From: Pseudomonadota bacterium
GTDB lineage: Bacteria > Pseudomonadota > Alphaproteobacteria > Sphingomonadales > Sphingomonadaceae
Direction: 5' to 3'
Assembly: GCA_046733235.1 (NCBI GenBank)
Contig: JBKPOT010000030.1
Coordinates: 1,825 to 65,824, forward strand
DNA: 64,000 nt
The translations under genes were made by a program, and so were the position numbers. This document shows positions 10,722-20,133 of this stretch, piece by piece. How positions within the stretch are numbered: the stretch's first letter is position 1; every line of letters begins with the position of its first letter. A model generated the notes under the pieces. It ran no database searches. It was not told the origin of the DNA and saw nothing but the letters and a program-made list of their open reading frames with translations.

Positions 10722-12419
10722 ATGATCCGGACATTCCAGATACTTGTCCAGGCCATCGCAATCGCTCTCTTTTCTCTGGCGATGGCGGGTCCGGCTCGAG
10801 CCTGCTCGATGGACATCGAATCTGTCCGGCCAAGCAATTACGAGCTGGTCCAGATGGCCGATGCGATCGTCGTCGCGACGGCTGTCCGGCATTCGGGCGG
10901 CAATGGCCGGACATTCCCCGCCTTTCGGATCGAATCGACGCTGAAGGGTTCGCCGCCCGCCACGGTCGAGGCGCCCTACGCCTCCTTGCAAGTGACAAGG
11001 CCAAGCGATCCGAATGCGCCTTATCCGGTCGCCGCGATGGGCTCGTGCGGCGACAGGCCCTACGACGAGGGTAAGCGCTATCTGCTGCTCCTTACCAGGC
11101 TCGAGGGCGGCGGCTGGAAACCGCTCGACTACGGTTTTGCGGAGGCCGGGGAGGAATATGCCGGCGAGGCGAGCCCGTGGACCCGCACCGTTCGCCGCTA
11201 CATACAGCTTCAGAACCGCTTCAGGGCCATGGCTCAGCTGGAGAAGCTGAAGCAGATGCTGAAGACGCGCGAAGGGCTCGCCGGCGAGACACTCTCCGAA
11301 GCCGAGCTCGGCGATATTCGCGAGCATCTGCAGTCGCTGTCGCCCTACAAGCCGACGCTTTATCTGCTGGCCGCCTGGAACCGTCTGGAACGCGGCGAGC
11401 AGCCGGATTTCGGTATCGGGCCGGCCGCCGCCGGAACGAACGAAGAAGCGGCAGGGCCGGCAGGCGGGGTAAGCAGCAAGCCGGTCCACGTGTCCGACAT
11501 GTCGAGGCAGCGCCGAAACCTTCTCCTCGCGCTCGTCAACGGCGATCATCCCGACGCGCTGCCGCTGTTCAACAGGCTGGCCGCCTCGCCGTCGACGGTT
11601 CCGGGCGAGCTCGGGCCGGCGCTGCGCTTCTTCGCGAAGAACGGCCAATATCCACGCGCATATCAGTGGATCGAGACCAGGTTGATGAACCTGTTGCCGA
11701 CCTTGCCGGAGCGGGAGGCGAAGACGCTCATCGAGGATGTGGACGAGGTGCAGGATGGCGATTCATCGGATGAAGGGCACGAACGCTGGCGGCGCGACCG
11801 GCATGCGGCAGCAAACTGGCCGGAACTGGCCCTCGCGCTCCACTGGTACCAGGTCCGTTTCTTCGGCGAGGACAGCATCTCCAGCACCAGCGAAGCGATC
11901 GGCGCGATCCGGGTCCCGGATTATCGCGCCCGTCCCTTCGTCACGCTCGCATTGGCGGCCGACTTCGACGCGAACGTGTCCAGATGGGCGATGGCGGAGC
12001 TGAAAGACCAGGCCAAGAGGCGGGCGTGGGAGGCTCGCCCCGTCGATCCCGACTGGCCGCCGCCGGCCGAGGACGATCCGGCCTGGCTGCCGCTGATGGC
12101 CCTGCTCACGGCCTGGACGGCGGAAAAGGAGCAGTTTCTGGCCGACATCTTCTGCCAGAGCGAGAGTCGCCGCCATCTCCTGATCTCGATGCTCGGCACC
12201 GAGGCCGAAATCAATTATTCGGACGTCCTCGAGCGGATCGCCGCCACCCCGACACTGACGCAGGCGGAGCGCGGCCTGCTGGCTGAGGCGATCGTCCGTT
12301 TCGTCGGGCGTCGGGACGGGAGAATGGATATCTCACTCGAAGACGGACCGACGCGGATCCTCGAGCGATTGCGCATAGACGCCGACGCCAGGCCGGCCGC
12401 GATCGTCTGTTCTCACTGA
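10722..12419 (+). CDS. Secreted hypothetical protein, TIMP/NTR-like N-terminal domain plus helical C-terminal region
   Basis: RBS AAGGAAG; signal peptide ending ARA-C; CSM...ADAIVVA...FRIESTLKG...SCG...YLLLL pattern. Confidence 0.75.
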   Translation: MIRTFQILVQAIAIALFSLAMAGPARACSMDIESVRPSNYELVQMADAIVVATAVRHSGGNGRTFPAFRIESTLKGSPPATVEAPYASLQVTRPSDPNAPYPVAAMGSCGDRPYDEGKRYLLLLTRLEGGGWKPLDYGFAEAGEEYAGEASPWTRTVRRYIQLQNRFRAMAQLEKLKQMLKTREGLAGETLSEAELGDIREHLQSLSPYKPTLYLLAAWNRLERGEQPDFGIGPAAAGTNEEAAGPAGGVSSKPVHVSDMSRQRRNLLLALVNGDHPDALPLFNRLAASPSTVPGELGPALRFFAKNGQYPRAYQWIETRLMNLLPTLPEREAKTLIEDVDEVQDGDSSDEGHERWRRDRHAAANWPELALALHWYQVRFFGEDSISSTSEAIGAIRVPDYRARPFVTLALAADFDANVSRWAMAELKDQAKRRAWEARPVDPDWPPPAEDDPAWLPLMALLTAWTAEKEQFLADIFCQSESRRHLLISMLGTEAEINYSDVLERIAATPTLTQAERGLLAEAIVRFVGRRDGRMDISLEDGPTRILERLRIDADARPAAIVCSH

Positions 12420-12456
12420 TCGCCGCCGCCCACCGGCGCTCGGTCCGGCCGACTCG

Positions 12457-12720
12457 CTATTGGGCATTCCCCGCCGAATTCGCCGATCCTTCACCGGCCG
12501 GCGCGGGCTCCTCGGTCTCGACGACGTCGACCTCGCCATTGCCGAGCGGGGCGTCCTCGTTGGCGGCCATGCTGTCGGGCGAGGCGTCGAGCATCTCCGC
12601 CGCATTGTCGAGCTGGCGATTCTCTTCCTCGGTGGGCGTGGTCGAATTGTCGTCGCGGTTGCATCCGGCCAGGAACGTCAGGCTCGCAACAAGTGCGGCG
12701 GCCGCAATCATCTTTCGCAT
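12457..12720 (-). CDS. Small acidic lipoprotein
   Basis: MRKMIAAAALVASLTFLAGC lipobox; Asn/Asp/Glu/Ala-rich disordered body. Confidence 0.85.
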   Translation of the reverse strand: MRKMIAAAALVASLTFLAGCNRDDNSTTPTEEENRQLDNAAEMLDASPDSMAANEDAPLGNGEVDVVETEEPAPAGEGSANSAGNAQ

Positions 12721-12770
12721 GCTGGCGTCTCCCGATGCATCCCCTGGCATCAGTCTAGCCAGGCGCCTGA

Positions 12771-12812
12771 AAATAAAAAGGGCCGCGTGCCATTGAGGCA
12801 CGCGACCCTTTT
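12771..12812 (-). terminator. Rho-independent terminator downstream of the 13109-12834 lipoprotein gene
   Basis: AAAAGGG-C-CGCGTGCC-ATTGA-GGCACGCG-A-CCCTTTT with A/T tails on both sides. Confidence 0.8.
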
Positions 12813-12833
12813 CAAATCGATCGCGAGACGAGC

Positions 12834-13109
12834 TTACTTGCCGTCGGTCGCATTCGAGATGGTGTTGCCGGCCGCATCGGCGGCGTTCTCGATGGTGTTG
12901 CCGGCGTCGGAGGCAATGTTGCCGGCGTCGCTGGCAAGGTTGCCGTCGAGCGAGCTGTTGGCGGCGTCGGTCGCGTTGTCGACGTCGACGGCGGCGCCGT
13001 TCTCGGTCAGGTTGAGGTCGGTGCTGTTGTTGGTCTCGGTGCCGGCATTGTTGCAGGCGGCGAGGCCGAGGGTCGCGACGGCGACCAGGGCGATGGCAAT
13101 CTTCTTCAT
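12834..13109 (-). CDS. Small Asn/Ala/Asp-rich repeat lipoprotein
   Basis: MKKIAIALVAVATLGLAAC lipobox; GN(L/I)ASDA and GNTI(E/S)NA repeats; GGAGGG RBS. Confidence 0.88.
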   Translation of the reverse strand: MKKIAIALVAVATLGLAACNNAGTETNNSTDLNLTENGAAVDVDNATDAANSSLDGNLASDAGNIASDAGNTIENAADAAGNTISNATDGK

Positions 13110-13262
13110 GGGCTTTCCCTCCTGAGACAGGATGATTGTGGTGCGCCGGGCGAGGCGCAGGGAGTCTCCTCCCGGCTTCCGGCGAGCACAGATGTAAACG
13201 AGCTCCGGCCCTATGTCTACTGTTTCAGTAAAGAATTGGCGCGGGCATTGCGCGTCCGTGAC

Positions 13263-13291
13263 TTGACCGACATATAAAGATATCTTTATAT
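13263..13291 (+). promoter_or_regulatory. Sigma70-like promoter with a perfect 20-bp palindromic operator (SahR/SamR-type)
   Basis: TTGACC at 13263-13268; ATATAAAGAT-ATCTTTATAT at 13272-13291 covers spacer and -10. Confidence 0.8.
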
Positions 13292-13299
13292 CCTTATCT

Positions 13300-14262
13300 A
13301 TGTCCGGCGCTTCAGAAATCTTCCGTTCGCTCGGCGATTCGACCCGGCTTCGGATCATCGCTCTTCTGCGCGCGATGGAGCTTTCGGTCGGCGAGCTCGC
13401 CCAGGTGCTCGGCCAGAGCCAGCCGCGCGTGTCGCGCCATGTCCGGATCCTGATCGACGCCGGCCTCGCCGAGCGGCGCAAGGAGGGCAGCTGGGTGTTC
13501 CTCAGCCTCGCCGACGCGGCCCGGGTCGGACCTTTGTTCGACCTGCTCGACCGCTGGGCGGAGCTGGACGGCGACGATCCCTGGATGGTCGCGGACTCGG
13601 CCCGGCTCGCCGCGGTCCGCGCCGACCGCGCCGCCGCCGCCGAAGCCTATTTCGCCTCGCACGCCAAGGATTGGGACGAGCTTCGCTCGCTCCATATCGC
13701 CGAGAGCGAAGTCGAGGCGGCGATCGCCCGAGCTCTCGACTCCGAGGGCCGTCCGGTCGGCCGGCTGGTCGATATCGGTACCGGCACCGGCCGGATGATC
13801 AGCCTGTTCGGCCCCGACGCCTCGCACGCCCTCGGCGTAGACCGCTCGCCCGAAATGCTTCGCCTCGCCCGGGTCAAGCTGGCCGAGGCGGGTCTTGCCT
13901 CGGCCGAGCTTCGCCAGGGCGACATGTATGCGCTGCCTTTGGCCTCGGGCTCGGCGGACACGGTGATCCTTCACCAGGTTCTCCATTACGCCCAGCAGCC
14001 CGCGGCCGCGGTCGCCGAGGCCGCGCGTCTGCTCGCGCCCGGCGGGCGTCTGCTGGTCGTCGATTTCGCGCCGCACGACCGCGAGGAGTTGCGAAGCCGC
14101 GACGCCCATGCCCGCCTTGGCTTCGCCGACGACGTGATGCTCAAATATCTGGAGGGCGCCGGGCTCGAGGCGCGAGTCGTCGAGCATCTCGAGGGCGGCG
14201 AGCTGACCGTGACGATCTGGGCCGGCGAGCGCGGCGAATCGCGCCTGAAGGTGGTGGCATGA
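13300..14262 (+). CDS. ArsR-HTH plus SAM-methyltransferase fusion regulator (SahR/SamR-like)
   Basis: FRSLGDSTRLRII...SQPRVSRHVRIL...RKEGSW; LVDIGTGTG; VILHQVLHY; heads the metF-metH operon. Confidence 0.92.
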   Translation: MSGASEIFRSLGDSTRLRIIALLRAMELSVGELAQVLGQSQPRVSRHVRILIDAGLAERRKEGSWVFLSLADAARVGPLFDLLDRWAELDGDDPWMVADSARLAAVRADRAAAAEAYFASHAKDWDELRSLHIAESEVEAAIARALDSEGRPVGRLVDIGTGTGRMISLFGPDASHALGVDRSPEMLRLARVKLAEAGLASAELRQGDMYALPLASGSADTVILHQVLHYAQQPAAAVAEAARLLAPGGRLLVVDFAPHDREELRSRDAHARLGFADDVMLKYLEGAGLEARVVEHLEGGELTVTIWAGERGESRLKVVA

Positions 14263-15194
14263 GCCCGGTCGCCCACCCCGCCGGCCAGTGGAGCCATCCT
14301 TTGTTCGAGGACGCGGCGGGCGACATCGCGGTCTCGTTCGAATTCTTCCCGCCGCGCACCGAGAAGATGGAAGAGACTCTCTGGGAGTCGGTCGAGACCC
14401 TCGCTCCGCTCGCACCGCGCTTCGTCTCGGTCACCTATGGCGCCGGCGGCTCGACCCGCGAGCGGACCCACAATACGGTCGTCCGGATCGCCAGCGAGAC
14501 CGATCTCGAGGCCGCCGCTCATCTCACCTGTGTCGAGGCGAGCCGCTCCGAGATAGACGAAGTCGCTCGCGCCTACTGGCAGGCCGGAATCCGCCATGTC
14601 GTCGCTCTTCGCGGCGACCCGCCGGTCGAGGGCAAGAGGTTCGAGCCGCGTGCCGACGGCTATGCCAATGCCGCCGAGCTGGTCGCGGGCCTGCGCAAGG
14701 TCGCCCCGTTCGAGATTTCCGTCGCGGCCTATCCCGAGGTCCATCCCGAGGCCGGCACCCAGCAGGCCGATCTCGACAATCTGAAGCGCAAGCTCGACGC
14801 CGGCGCGGTCCGGGCGATCACCCAATTCTTCTTCACTCCGGACTGCTTCTTCCGGTTCCGCGATGCGGCCGCCGCCGCCGGAATCGACGCCGAGCTGGTC
14901 CCGGGGATCCTCCCCGTCTCGAACGTCGCCCAGACCCGCAAATTCGCCTCGCTGTGCGGCGCCTCGATCCCGCCCTGGATGGATCGGCTGTTCGAGGGGC
15001 TCGACAATCTCCCGGCCGCCCGCCAGCTCGTCGCGGCCACCGTCGCCGCCGAATTGTGCGGCCAGCTCTATGCCGGCGGAGTCCGCCAGTTCCATTTCTA
15101 CACGTTGAACCGGGCCGAGCTCGCTTATGCGATCTGCCATTTGCTCGGGCTCCGGCCGAAGGACCAGACAGATGAACGCCGCACAGCAGCTTAG
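14259..15194 (+). CDS. metF: 5,10-methylenetetrahydrofolate reductase
   Basis: VSFEFFPP, SVTYGAGGS, AAHLTCV, ALRGDPP, AAYPEVHP, AITQFFF, FHFYTLNR. Confidence 0.98.
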   Translation: MSPVAHPAGQWSHPLFEDAAGDIAVSFEFFPPRTEKMEETLWESVETLAPLAPRFVSVTYGAGGSTRERTHNTVVRIASETDLEAAAHLTCVEASRSEIDEVARAYWQAGIRHVVALRGDPPVEGKRFEPRADGYANAAELVAGLRKVAPFEISVAAYPEVHPEAGTQQADLDNLKRKLDAGAVRAITQFFFTPDCFFRFRDAAAAAGIDAELVPGILPVSNVAQTRKFASLCGASIPPWMDRLFEGLDNLPAARQLVAATVAAELCGQLYAGGVRQFHFYTLNRAELAYAICHLLGLRPKDQTDERRTAA

Positions 15195-16206
15195 GGCAGA
15201 GGCCGCCACGCGGATCCTGATCAAGGACGGCGCCTACGGCACCCAGGTCCAGGCGCGCCGCCTCAACGAGGCCGATTATCGCGGCGGGCTCGCGCTCGAG
15301 CGCGACCAGAAGGGCAATAACGATCTTCTCAACCTGACCCGGCCCGACCTGGTCAGCGAGATCGCTTTGGCCTTCACCGACGCCGGCGCCGACATCCTCG
15401 CCACCAACACGTTCAACGCCAATGCGATCAGCCAGGCCGATTATGGCGCCGAGCATCTCGTCCGCGACATGAACCGGGCATCGGCCGGGATCGTCCGCGA
15501 GGTCGCCGACGCCGCGACCGCGAAGGACGGCCGCCGCCGATTCGTCGCCGGAGCGCTTGGTCCGACCAACAAGACATTGTCACTGTCGCCCAACGTCAAC
15601 GATCCGGGCTTTCGCGAGATCGACTTCGATACTCTGTCCGACGTCTATGTCGAGCAGATCGAGGCTCTGGTCGAAGGCGGCGCCGAGTTCGTCCTGATCG
15701 AGACGGTGTTCGACACTCTGAACGCCAAGGCCGCGATCCATGCCTCGCGCCGGGTCGATCCGGATCTTCCGATCATGCTGTCGATGACGGTGACCGACCT
15801 TTCCGGCCGCAACCTCTCCGGCCATTCGATCGAGGCCTTCTGGGCGTCGGTGCGCCACGCCCGGCCGCTCTCGGTCGGGCTCAATTGCTCGTTCGGAGCG
15901 GCCCAGCTCAGGCCCCATATCGCCGCTCTGTCCGCGGTCGCCGACACTCTGATCATGGCCTATCCCAATGCCGGCCTGCCCAACGATCTCGGCGAGTATG
16001 ACGAATGCCCGGAGACCACTTCGGCGCAGGTGCGCGAATGGGCTGACAGCGGCACGGTCAACATCGTCGGCGGCTGTTGCGGAACCACTCCGGCCCATAT
16101 CCAGGCGATCGCCGGGTCGGTTGCCGGAGTGCCGCCGCGCAGGCTTCCCGAGCCGCCGCGCTGGACGCGCCTCGCCGGCATCGAGCCGATGGTGATCGCC
16201 GCATGA
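15172..16206 (+). CDS. metH: Methionine synthase N-terminal half (homocysteine S-methyltransferase domain)
   Basis: [47 protein letters not shown] Zn ligands. Confidence 0.96.
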   Translation: MNAAQQLRAEAATRILIKDGAYGTQVQARRLNEADYRGGLALERDQKGNNDLLNLTRPDLVSEIALAFTDAGADILATNTFNANAISQADYGAEHLVRDMNRASAGIVREVADAATAKDGRRRFVAGALGPTNKTLSLSPNVNDPGFREIDFDTLSDVYVEQIEALVEGGAEFVLIETVFDTLNAKAAIHASRRVDPDLPIMLSMTVTDLSGRNLSGHSIEAFWASVRHARPLSVGLNCSFGAAQLRPHIAALSAVADTLIMAYPNAGLPNDLGEYDECPETTSAQVREWADSGTVNIVGGCCGTTPAHIQAIAGSVAGVPPRRLPEPPRWTRLAGIEPMVIAA

Positions 16207-16484
16207 AGCGCAGGAGTCGGTCATTGACGAGCGACCAGGCCGGATTGTTGATGTGCATTGGCGGAATTTTCGGACCGCTCGCGATTGTCCTGGCGGCCGG
16301 CGGGATCGGCTACGCTCTGGGTTGCCCCGTCAATGAGGGCGGCTCGGCCTGCATGGCTCTGGGTGTGGACATCGGACCGCTGCTCGCTGCCATGTTTTCG
16401 TTTTTCTGGCTGATGTTCCTCATTCCCGTCTGCATGGTCGGGGCCGCAATTTTCACCGTCAAGATCGCCCTCGGGCGCAGATAG
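16203..16484 (+). CDS. Small two-TM membrane protein with a C-x8-C loop
   Basis: ATGA overlap with metH-N stop; hydrophobic helices flank [19 protein letters not shown]; ends 11 nt before metH-C. Confidence 0.75.
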   Translation: MKRRSRSLTSDQAGLLMCIGGIFGPLAIVLAAGGIGYALGCPVNEGGSACMALGVDIGPLLAAMFSFFWLMFLIPVCMVGAAIFTVKIALGRR

Positions 16485-16495
16485 ATCTTTCCCAC

Positions 16496-19099
16496 ATGAC
16501 CACACTCCCCAAGGGCACCTTCGTCAATATCGGCGAGCGCACCAACGTCACCGGCTCGGCCAGGTTCAAGAAGCTGGTCATGGCCGGCGACTATGCCGCC
16601 GCGGTCGAGGTCGCCCGCGACCAGGTCGAGAACGGCGCCCAGGTCATCGACATCAACATGGACGAGGGCCTGCTCGACGCCGAATATGCGATGACCACCT
16701 TCCTGAAGCTGATCGCGGCCGAGCCCGACATCGCCCGGGTCCCGTTCATGATCGACAGCTCGAAATGGACGGTGATCGAGGCCGGCCTCAAATGCGTGTC
16801 GGGCAAGCCGATCGTCAATTCGATCAGCATGAAGGAGGGCGAGGAGGAGTTCATCGCCCACGCCCGCAAGGTCCGCGATTATGGCGCGGCGGTGGTGGTG
16901 ATGGCATTCGACGAGACCGGCCAGGCCGACACCAAGGAGCGCAAGGTCGAGATTTGCGAGCGCGCCTACAAGCTGCTCGTCGAGGACGGATTCCCGCCCG
17001 AGGACATCATCTTCGATCCGAACATCTTCGCGGTCGCGACCGGGATCGAGGAGCATCGCCGCTACGCCCTCGACTTCATCGAGGCCTGCCGCGAGATCAA
17101 GGCGCGCTGCCCGCACGTCCACATCTCGGGCGGCCTGTCCAACCTCTCTTTCTCGTTCCGCGGCAACGAACCGGTCCGCCGGGCGATGCACGCCGTCTTC
17201 CTCTATCACGCGATTCCCGCCGGGCTCGACATGGCGATCGTCAATGCCGGCCAGCTCGATGTCTACGACGTGATCGATCCCGAGCTCCGCGAGGCGTGCG
17301 AGGACGTCGTGCTCGATCGCCGGGATGACGCCACCGAGCGGCTGGTCGACCTCGCCGAGCGCTATCGCGGCTCCGACCCGGTCCAGGAGAAGATCGCCGC
17401 CGAATGGCGCGGCTGGCCGGTCGAGAAGAGGCTCGAGCACGCTCTGGTCAAGGGCATCGACGCCTTCGTCGTCGACGATGCCGAGGAGGCGCGGCAGAGC
17501 GCCGAGCGGCCGATCCACGTCATCGAAGGGCCGCTTATGGACGGCATGAACGTCGTCGGCGACCTGTTCGGATCGGGCAAGATGTTCCTTCCCCAGGTGG
17601 TCAAGTCGGCGCGGGTGATGAAGAAGGCGGTCGCCCACCTCATCCCCTATATCGAGGCCGAGAAGGAGAAATCGGGCGCGACCCAGGGCAAGGGCCGGAT
17701 CGTGATGGCGACGGTCAAGGGCGACGTCCACGATATCGGCAAGAACATCGTCGGGGTGGTCTTGCAGTGCAACGGCTTCGAGGTGATCGATCTCGGCGTG
17801 ATGGTGCCCTGGCAGGACATCCTCCAGGCCGCCAACGAGAATGAGGCCGACATGATCGGCCTCTCCGGCCTGATCACCCCCTCGCTCGACGAGATGGTGA
17901 CGGTCGCGGGCGAGATGCAGCGCGCCAGCCTGTCGCTTCCGCTTCTGATCGGCGGGGCGACGACGTCGAAGGTCCACACGGCGCTTCGCATCGATCCGGC
18001 CTATGAAGGGCCGGTCATCCACGTTCTCGACGCGAGCCGCGCGGTCGGGGTCGCCTCGTCTCTGGTCTCGGACACGCAATGCGATCCGCTCGTCGCCCAG
18101 ACCCGGCAGGATTATGAGCAGATCCGCGACACCCGCGCCAACAAGGGCCAGAACGAGCTCGCGACGCTCGACGAGGCCCGCGCCAACGGCTTCGCCTATG
18201 ACGAGACCGGCAAGGCGCCGCCGCCCAAGCGGCCGGGACTCCACAGCTTCGGCGAATGGCCGCTTCGCGATCTGAGGGACGGAATCGACTGGACCCCCTT
18301 CTTCCGCGCCTGGGAGCTGGCCGGCAATTATCCTGCGATCCTCGAGGACGAAGTGGTCGGCGAAAGCGCCCGCTCATTGTTCGCCGACGCCCAGGCGATG
18401 CTCGATCGGATCATCGCCGAGCATTGGCTCGCCGCGCGCGGGACGGTCGGCCTGTGGCGCTGCCGCCGAGAGGGCGACGACGTCTTCGTCCTCGCCGGCA
18501 ATGACGAGACTCTCCTGCCCTTCCTCCGCCAGCAGGTGAAGAAGAGGGAAGGGCGGGCCAATATGTGCCTCGCCGACTTCATCGCGCCCGAGGGCGAGGA
18601 TTGGATCGGCGGATTCGCGGTCGCGATCCACGGCCTCGAGCCCCACCTCGCCCGGTTCAAGGCCGAGAATGACGATTATTCCGACATCCTCCTCAAGGCG
18701 CTCGCCGACCGGCTCGCCGAAGCCTTCGCCGAGCGGCTCCATCAGCATGTCCGCGAAAGCGTCTGGGGCTATGAGCCCGAGGAATATCAGACCAACCAGG
18801 ACCTGATCCGCGAGCGCTACGAGGGAATCAGGCCGGCGCCAGGCTATCCCGCCTGCCCCGATCACAGCCTCAAGCCGGTGCTGTTCCAGATGTTGGGAGG
18901 CGACCCCGCCGGGATCACGCTCAGCGACAATTATGCGATGCTTCCGGCCTCGGCGGTGTCGGGCTTCTATTTCGGCCACCGCGACAGCCAGTATTTTGGG
19001 GTCGCCCGGATCGGCCGTGACCAGCTCGAAGACTATGCCGCCCGCCGCGGGGTCTCGCTTCAGGAGGCCGAGCGCTGGCTGAGGCCGAACCTGGACTAG
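16496..19099 (+). CDS. metH: B12-dependent methionine synthase C-terminal half (pterin-binding, cap, cobalamin-binding and activation domains)
   Basis: [44 protein letters not shown]. Confidence 0.98.
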   Translation: MTTLPKGTFVNIGERTNVTGSARFKKLVMAGDYAAAVEVARDQVENGAQVIDINMDEGLLDAEYAMTTFLKLIAAEPDIARVPFMIDSSKWTVIEAGLKCVSGKPIVNSISMKEGEEEFIAHARKVRDYGAAVVVMAFDETGQADTKERKVEICERAYKLLVEDGFPPEDIIFDPNIFAVATGIEEHRRYALDFIEACREIKARCPHVHISGGLSNLSFSFRGNEPVRRAMHAVFLYHAIPAGLDMAIVNAGQLDVYDVIDPELREACEDVVLDRRDDATERLVDLAERYRGSDPVQEKIAAEWRGWPVEKRLEHALVKGIDAFVVDDAEEARQSAERPIHVIEGPLMDGMNVVGDLFGSGKMFLPQVVKSARVMKKAVAHLIPYIEAEKEKSGATQGKGRIVMATVKGDVHDIGKNIVGVVLQCNGFEVIDLGVMVPWQDILQAANENEADMIGLSGLITPSLDEMVTVAGEMQRASLSLPLLIGGATTSKVHTALRIDPAYEGPVIHVLDASRAVGVASSLVSDTQCDPLVAQTRQDYEQIRDTRANKGQNELATLDEARANGFAYDETGKAPPPKRPGLHSFGEWPLRDLRDGIDWTPFFRAWELAGNYPAILEDEVVGESARSLFADAQAMLDRIIAEHWLAARGTVGLWRCRREGDDVFVLAGNDETLLPFLRQQVKKREGRANMCLADFIAPEGEDWIGGFAVAIHGLEPHLARFKAENDDYSDILLKALADRLAEAFAERLHQHVRESVWGYEPEEYQTNQDLIRERYEGIRPAPGYPACPDHSLKPVLFQMLGGDPAGITLSDNYAMLPASAVSGFYFGHRDSQYFGVARIGRDQLEDYAARRGVSLQEAERWLRPNLD

Positions 19100-19136
19100 C
19101 GCAGGCTGCGATGGAAGGAATCGCAACCTGCCCTAG
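19096..19136. repeat. CTAG-bounded hairpin at the metH stop (possible terminator or miniature element)
   Basis: CTAGCGCAGGCTGCGAT-GGAAGGA-ATCGCAACCTGCCCTAG. Confidence 0.55.
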
Positions 19137-19153
19137 GGCGTATCGACATTTAG

Positions 19154-19281
19154 TCCTCCCTGTCGCCGCAGGCGATGGGGAGGGGGACCGCGGACCGCGG
19201 TGGAGGGGCCAACAGCACCAAACGCCCCTCCACCATCCTTCGGATGGTCCCCCTCCCCACGTGCTTCGCACGCAGGGAGGA
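19154..19281. repeat. Long composite palindromic repeat, family III
   Basis: TCCTCCCTG...GGGGAGGGGGACC...GGTGGAGGGGC / GCCCCTCCACC...GGTCCCCCTCCCC...CAGGGAGGA. Confidence 0.8.
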
Positions 19282-19322
19282 CGAGAGCCGTCGAGATCAG
19301 CCGAAGTGAATGTCGATACGCC

Positions 19323-19391
19323 CTAGAACCTGTTGTTGCCGCATTGCTCTTTGCGAAAAGCCGGTACCCACCTTTTCGCGCAATGCTCTAG
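19323..19391. repeat. CTAG-flanked palindromic repeat, family IV
   Basis: CTAG...GCATTG..GCGAAAAG-CCGGTACCCAC-CTTTTCGC-GCAATGC-T-CTAG; supplies the stop codon of the neighbouring gene. Confidence 0.65.
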
Positions 19392-20011
19392 GTGGGCGGG
19401 CCGGCCTGCCGGGCGCCCTCCCAAAGCATGGCGGCGAGCCACTCGTCCACCACCGCGTCGATGACGAGATGGACCCGGTCCGTATCGCCGCGGTTGGCGA
19501 CCGAGTGGGGATCGAGCAGCCGCACATACCAAATGCTTCCCGCTTCCATCCGGACCGGGCGGCGATTGACCATGAACTCGACTTCGGAATTGGTGGCGAC
19601 CACGACATGGAGGCGGGCAATGCCTTCGTCGGCGTCGAGACCGGGATCGCAATGCTCCTTGATCTGCGATCCCGGCGACAGCCGCATCAGTCGCGCCGCC
19701 TTGAGTGGGCAGGGGAAGCAGCCGAGCACCTCGCGCAGATAGGGGGCCCGGTCGAGCAAATGCGTGTCCTCGAAACGGCTCGCTCCGAGGTCGGCATTGA
19801 TCAGCCGCAGCGGATGGGTTTCGCCGGCGGCGGAGCGAAGCGGCAGGACCGTCCAGTCGCCTTCATAATTGGCCCTGACGACGTGGCGTACCCATTCGGC
19901 CTCGTCGAACCGGCCGAGATCCTCTGCGAGCCGCTCCGGATCGAAGCTCAGGCCCAGCCGCACCCGGTCCGGGAGGCGCGATCCCGCCGCCTCGCCTTCA
20001 GCGATCCGCAT
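19388..20011 (-). CDS. Aspartyl/asparaginyl beta-hydroxylase-family Fe(II)/2-oxoglutarate dioxygenase
   Basis: RLMRLSPGSQIKEHCD (HxD), RLHVVVATN, HSVANRGDTDRVHLVID (distal His and 2OG Arg). Confidence 0.9.
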   Translation of the reverse strand: MRIAEGEAAGSRLPDRVRLGLSFDPERLAEDLGRFDEAEWVRHVVRANYEGDWTVLPLRSAAGETHPLRLINADLGASRFEDTHLLDRAPYLREVLGCFPCPLKAARLMRLSPGSQIKEHCDPGLDADEGIARLHVVVATNSEVEFMVNRRPVRMEAGSIWYVRLLDPHSVANRGDTDRVHLVIDAVVDEWLAAMLWEGARQAGPPT

Positions 20012-20133
20012 CCCCGCAATGTCTTGCGCTCCGTCCACCAAGATGATGCTATGCGGCGCGGGCCGGATTGGAAAGGTGCCTGGCTCGCACGCAACCGGCG
20101 GGGCGCTTCGAGGTGGGAAGGACGAAGGCTGCC

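Noticed and set aside
13110-13299. Possible SAM or cobalamin riboswitch ahead of the met operon
   Set aside because: No recognisable SAM-II, SAM/SAH or B12 core; the promoter abuts the ATG and an operator explains regulation
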